35,827 nucleotides of DNA from Verrucomicrobiota bacterium. GTDB lineage: Bacteria > Chlamydiota > Chlamydiia > Chlamydiales > JAFEGQ01. How positions within the stretch are numbered: position 1 is the stretch's first letter; every line of letters begins with the position of its first letter. Location: contig JAFEGQ010000062.1 in the NCBI GenBank assembly GCA_018239785.1, forward strand, positions 1 to 35,827, read 5' to 3'. The notes under the pieces were generated by a model that saw only the letters and a program-made list of their open reading frames with translations, did no database searches and was not told the DNA's origin. Made by a program: the position numbers and the translations under genes. Positions 33,046 through 35,827 of this stretch are shown one piece after another.

Positions 33046-33469
33046 GTATTCTTGAATATATAGCAGTTATTTTATTTTATCAAATTCTAACACTACATAG
33101 GCGATAAAAACGCAAGGCGTTTATAAATAAGCATTTGCGAATCTTCGCCAAAAGCGAAGGAGATTCACAACCTATTTGTAATCAGCTGTTTATGGGAAAA
33201 ATCGAGAATTTCTTAATAGGGTAAGTTGGGTTGAGAGGCCATACCCGAGCAGGAGACATGTCGAACCAAACGCAGTTGGGAGAGATGTCTGTCTCACCCT
33301 ACGGCATTTCCTGGGGCCTTTAAAAGAAGAGATTCGAGATTTACATCTGGTCGATGTCAGTTCCATTTATCAGGGGCAGCCGGTGAGGTGGTATGAAGAG
33401 TCTAGACCAAAAACCGCAAATCTTAAGCTTATAAACTCTATATTTTAAAAAATTTACTGATTTCCTCGA

Positions 33470-33627
33470 TTTCCCAGAACAACCGCAGCCCCTCGAAAGA
33501 GAACTGACCGCCGTCTGAGCATTCGTCCAAAAGAGATCTTGGTGCTTTTCCACATAGGATTCAAGCTCTTTTTCCCAGAAAATCCAGCTTTGAGAAAGAG
33601 AGCTGACGGCTGTCTGAGCATTCGTCC
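33470..33627. repeat. two ~58-bp direct repeats about 100 bp apart
   Basis: Copy A (33470-33528) is TTTCCCAGAACAACCGCAGCCCCTCGAAAGAGAACTGACCGCCGTCTGAGCATTCGTCC. Copy B (33571-33627) is TTTCCCAGAAAATCCAGCTTTGAGAAAGAGAGCTGACGGCTGTCTGAGCATTCGTCC. A G7/C6 hairpin follows at 33637-33658. Confidence 0.7.
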
Positions 33628-34869
33628 CGCGGGGATTTGGGGGGGCAGCGCCCCCCAATTCTATCTCTTTCAAAAATCCGATTTTTTCTATTTTTCATTA
33701 TATAATTCCTCGGGCGTTACATAACCCAAACTCTGATGAGGTCTTTTTCCATTATAAAAATTGAAATATGCTGTTAATCCGGCATTTACCTCAGGAAGAT
33801 GCTCATAGGCTTTGGGATAGATGTCCTCGTATTTCACACTTCTCCACAGTCTTTCCACCATGATGTTATCAAAAGCTCTCCCTCTCCCATCCATGCTGAT
33901 AGAGATTCCGCCCTCTGCTAACCTTCCTGTAAAGCGAGAGCTGGTAAATTGGACGCCCTGGTCAGTATTGAAAATTTCAGGACTCCCGCAAGAAAGCGCC
34001 CTTTCTAATGCTTCAAGGCAGAAGTCTGTATCAAGAAGATTTGACAATTGCCATGCAAGCACATAGCGACTGTACCAATCCATGATGGCAAACAAATACC
34101 CAAATCCATGGATCACAGGAATATAGGTAATATCCCCAGCCCACACTTGATTCGGGCGACATATCGTCATTCCGCGCAAGAGGTAAGGATATTTTTTGTG
34201 ATCGCGATGACCAATGCTCAATCTTGGTTTGGGATAAATAGCCTCCAACCCCATGAATCGGATTGCTGACCTCACTATGGTCTCTCCTACATCAAACCCT
34301 TGCCTTCTCATCTCCACCGCCATCCGCCTTCTTCCATAGAAAGGGGTCTCCATGTACTGCTTGTCAATAGCAGTCATTAAACGATAGGTCTCCTCGGAGG
34401 GCTGTCTCGGCTCGTAATAAAGCCCCGAACGGCTGACTTTAAGGAGGGAGCATTGCTCCCTCTCTGACAAGATGGGATCCTCCTTGTCAATGAGGAGGCG
34501 TCGTTCATTCAGGCTAAGGTACCGAATTTTTTTTTAAGCCACTCATTTTCCATCTTCAGGCGTCCAATTTGCTCGAATAATTCAGCCTTTTCCTTGGCGT
34601 CTGTAGCGTCCTTTGCTCGCTTTGATTTGCGAAAAACTTCTGGACAAAATTCAAGAAATTGCTTTTTCCACCCCGAGAGAATCATCGGATGAACCTGTAG
34701 GTCTCCTGCAAGTTGAGCAGCTGTCTTTTCCCCTTTAAGCACCTCTAGGACGGCTTTCACCTTGAATTCCGGGGTGTGATGCTTTCTTGGTCCTCCCATT
34801 TTACCCTCCACATGTTGGGAGGTTATAAGCTTAGGGGGTGGTCCGAATTTGCCATACCACTATAGTGCA
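33615..34869 (-). mobile_element. IS3-family insertion sequence (boundaries approximate)
   Basis: This span encloses orfA and orfB. One candidate pair of termini (TGAGCATTCG... at 33615 and ...TATAGTGCA at 34869) gives TG...CA ends and about 1.26 kb. However, the terminal inverted repeats pair poorly and I see no 3-bp target duplication, so the ends are unresolved. Confidence 0.45.
33688..34811 (-). CDS. IS3-family transposase OrfAB (orfA 34509..34811; orfB reached by -1 frameshift)
   Basis: OrfA is HTH-like (HTPEFKVKAVLEVLKGEKTAAQLAGDLQVHPMILSGWKKQF) and ends ...WLKKKFGTLA. An A9 run lies at 34527-34535 on the minus strand. The -1 frame continues IRYLSLNERRLLIDKEDPILSEREQCSLLKVSRSGLYYEP into OrfB, whose DDE triad is WAGDITYIP, FNTDQGVQFTS and MVERLWRSVKYE. 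Confidence 0.9.
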
Positions 34870-35091
34870 AGATTTTTCCCCTCTTTTTATTAAAAACAAA
34901 GTTGACTCAGAGCTTTAATTCCATAATTAAATAAGATGAAATGCCGCATGATTCCATAGAGTTCTCCATTACTATTTCAGCTAGTTGTAAAATATTAATA
35001 ATTATTTGAAAATAGTTGTTATATAGATCTAAGAAAGAACGATTTAAGGGGATTGATTGTGTATAATCTTGATTTTTAATTTATTAAGACT

Positions 35092-35827
35092 TTAATCGAT
35101 AGAGCGGGGCTCCCACTGAGGAAAGAGCCTTTCTCCAGATCCTGAGGTGATGCGCACCGCATGGGGTTGGTTGAGATTGACTAAGAACAATTGGCAGCCC
35201 CGATTTGTATCGGAGTTGCAGACCAAATGGAGGCTATCTGGGGCCCAAGAGCAATTTTCTTTATGGCCGGATCCTTGGGTCAGCTGCCATTCTCGATCCT
35301 CAAGGAGGTCATAGATCCAAATCTGGCGCACTCCATCGGTGAGGCTGCTGTAGGCGATTTTCGTCCCGTCTGGTGACCAAGCAGGGGCGGTATTAGAGCG
35401 GCTGAGGCGGGAGATGACTTTTGGCTGAGGAGACTGCTTTTCTTCTGACACCTCCATGATATAGATTCTCGGAGATCCATCCTTATCAGAGACGAAGGCA
35501 ATCTTGGAGCCGTCAGGGCTAAAGGTGGGAGAGGCTTGTGCGCTAGCTCTGGCCGAGAAGAGTTGGCGCGGCTTGCCAAGAGGGCCTGTCTGAGGATCAA
35601 AAGGCTGCAAGAAAAGGTCCGGATTCCCTGCAGCGTCTGAGACAAAGGCGACCTGATTGCGTTGAGGGGAGATCGCTGGCATCGGCTGATTTCCGCGCAA
35701 TTTCGAAAACAGGTCGGCGCGCCCGCCCATCAACGGCCGCGTGTAGATCTTGGGTTGTCCTGTCTTGTAGCTCGCATAGAGAAAGGCGCCACTTGCTTTT
35801 CCCTTTTTTGGAGGGAAAAATGTAGGT
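35092..35827 (-). CDS. tolB: TolB beta-propeller protein; N-terminal part lies beyond the window
   Basis: The frame stays open past the track start (35733) to the window edge (...PTFFPPKKGKASGAFLYASYKTGQPKIYTRPL-MGGRADLF...). It carries repeated TolB blades (SPQRNQVAFVSDAAGNPDLF, SPDGSKIAFVSDKDGSPRIY, SPDGTKIAYSSLTDGVRQIW, APDSLHLVCNSD). Confidence 0.85.
   Translation of the reverse strand, partial: PTFFPPKKGKASGAFLYASYKTGQPKIYTRPLMGGRADLFSKLRGNQPMPAISPQRNQVAFVSDAAGNPDLFLQPFDPQTGPLGKPRQLFSARASAQASPTFSPDGSKIAFVSDKDGSPRIYIMEVSEEKQSPQPKVISRLSRSNTAPAWSPDGTKIAYSSLTDGVRQIWIYDLLEDREWQLTQGSGHKENCSWAPDSLHLVCNSDTNRGCQLFLVNLNQPHAVRITSGSGERLFPQWEPRSID

Noticed and set aside
33341-33673. 110-aa minus-strand ORF (MKEIELGGAAPPNPRGTNAQTAVSSLS...)
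   Set aside because: It spans the two 58-bp direct repeats and the G/C hairpin, and its internal peptide repeat is a by-product of the DNA repeat. It has no start context or recognisable fold, so it is probably non-coding.
1-35827. CRISPR arrays, tRNA/rRNA genes, integrases, reverse transcriptases (retron/DGR) and prophage genes
   Set aside because: I looked for regularly spaced short repeats, cloverleaf-compatible segments and the relevant protein motifs in all listed ORFs, and found none.

Overview
This window is about 35.8 kb of bacterial chromosome. I found no rRNA, tRNA or CRISPR array. The gene content (Inc-like bilobed membrane protein, DUF2608-like HAD protein, MORN lipoprotein) hints at a Chlamydiae/PVC-like organism, but that is a weak guess. 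Positions 1-21.6 kb are mostly housekeeping genes: dus (partial, missing from the ORF track), yggT, a PilM/GspL-like pair, a MORN lipoprotein, recA, a polyprenyl synthase, a decayed chloramphenicol-phosphotransferase-like gene, an LbH transferase, mutL, an M24 peptidase, an OMP, a Kdo hydroxylase, ppa, a GT2, pgi, a HAMP adenylate cyclase and a PAS histidine kinase. Positions 21.6-35.1 kb look like a compositionally patchy accessory island. It holds an AT-rich Inc-like membrane protein, an orphan STAND-like ATPase behind a perfect 21-bp inverted repeat, and a 1777-aa Sec-signal Rhs/YD polymorphic toxin with an unrecognised C-terminal domain. Downstream of the Rhs gene lies an AT-rich cassette in which two paralogous ~107-aa proteins bracket a 3-TM protein. 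The island ends with a decayed IS1634-family element carrying a 111-bp MITE-like insertion, then an intact IS3-family element with an A9 frameshift site. A partial tolB follows. The most notable non-genic signals are a 164-bp near-perfect palindrome sitting in frame in the mutL linker and a helically phased array of DnaA-box-like 9-mers upstream of mutL. The best candidate for a new system is the Rhs-CT / small-protein / membrane-protein / small-protein cassette at 28.5-31.0 kb.
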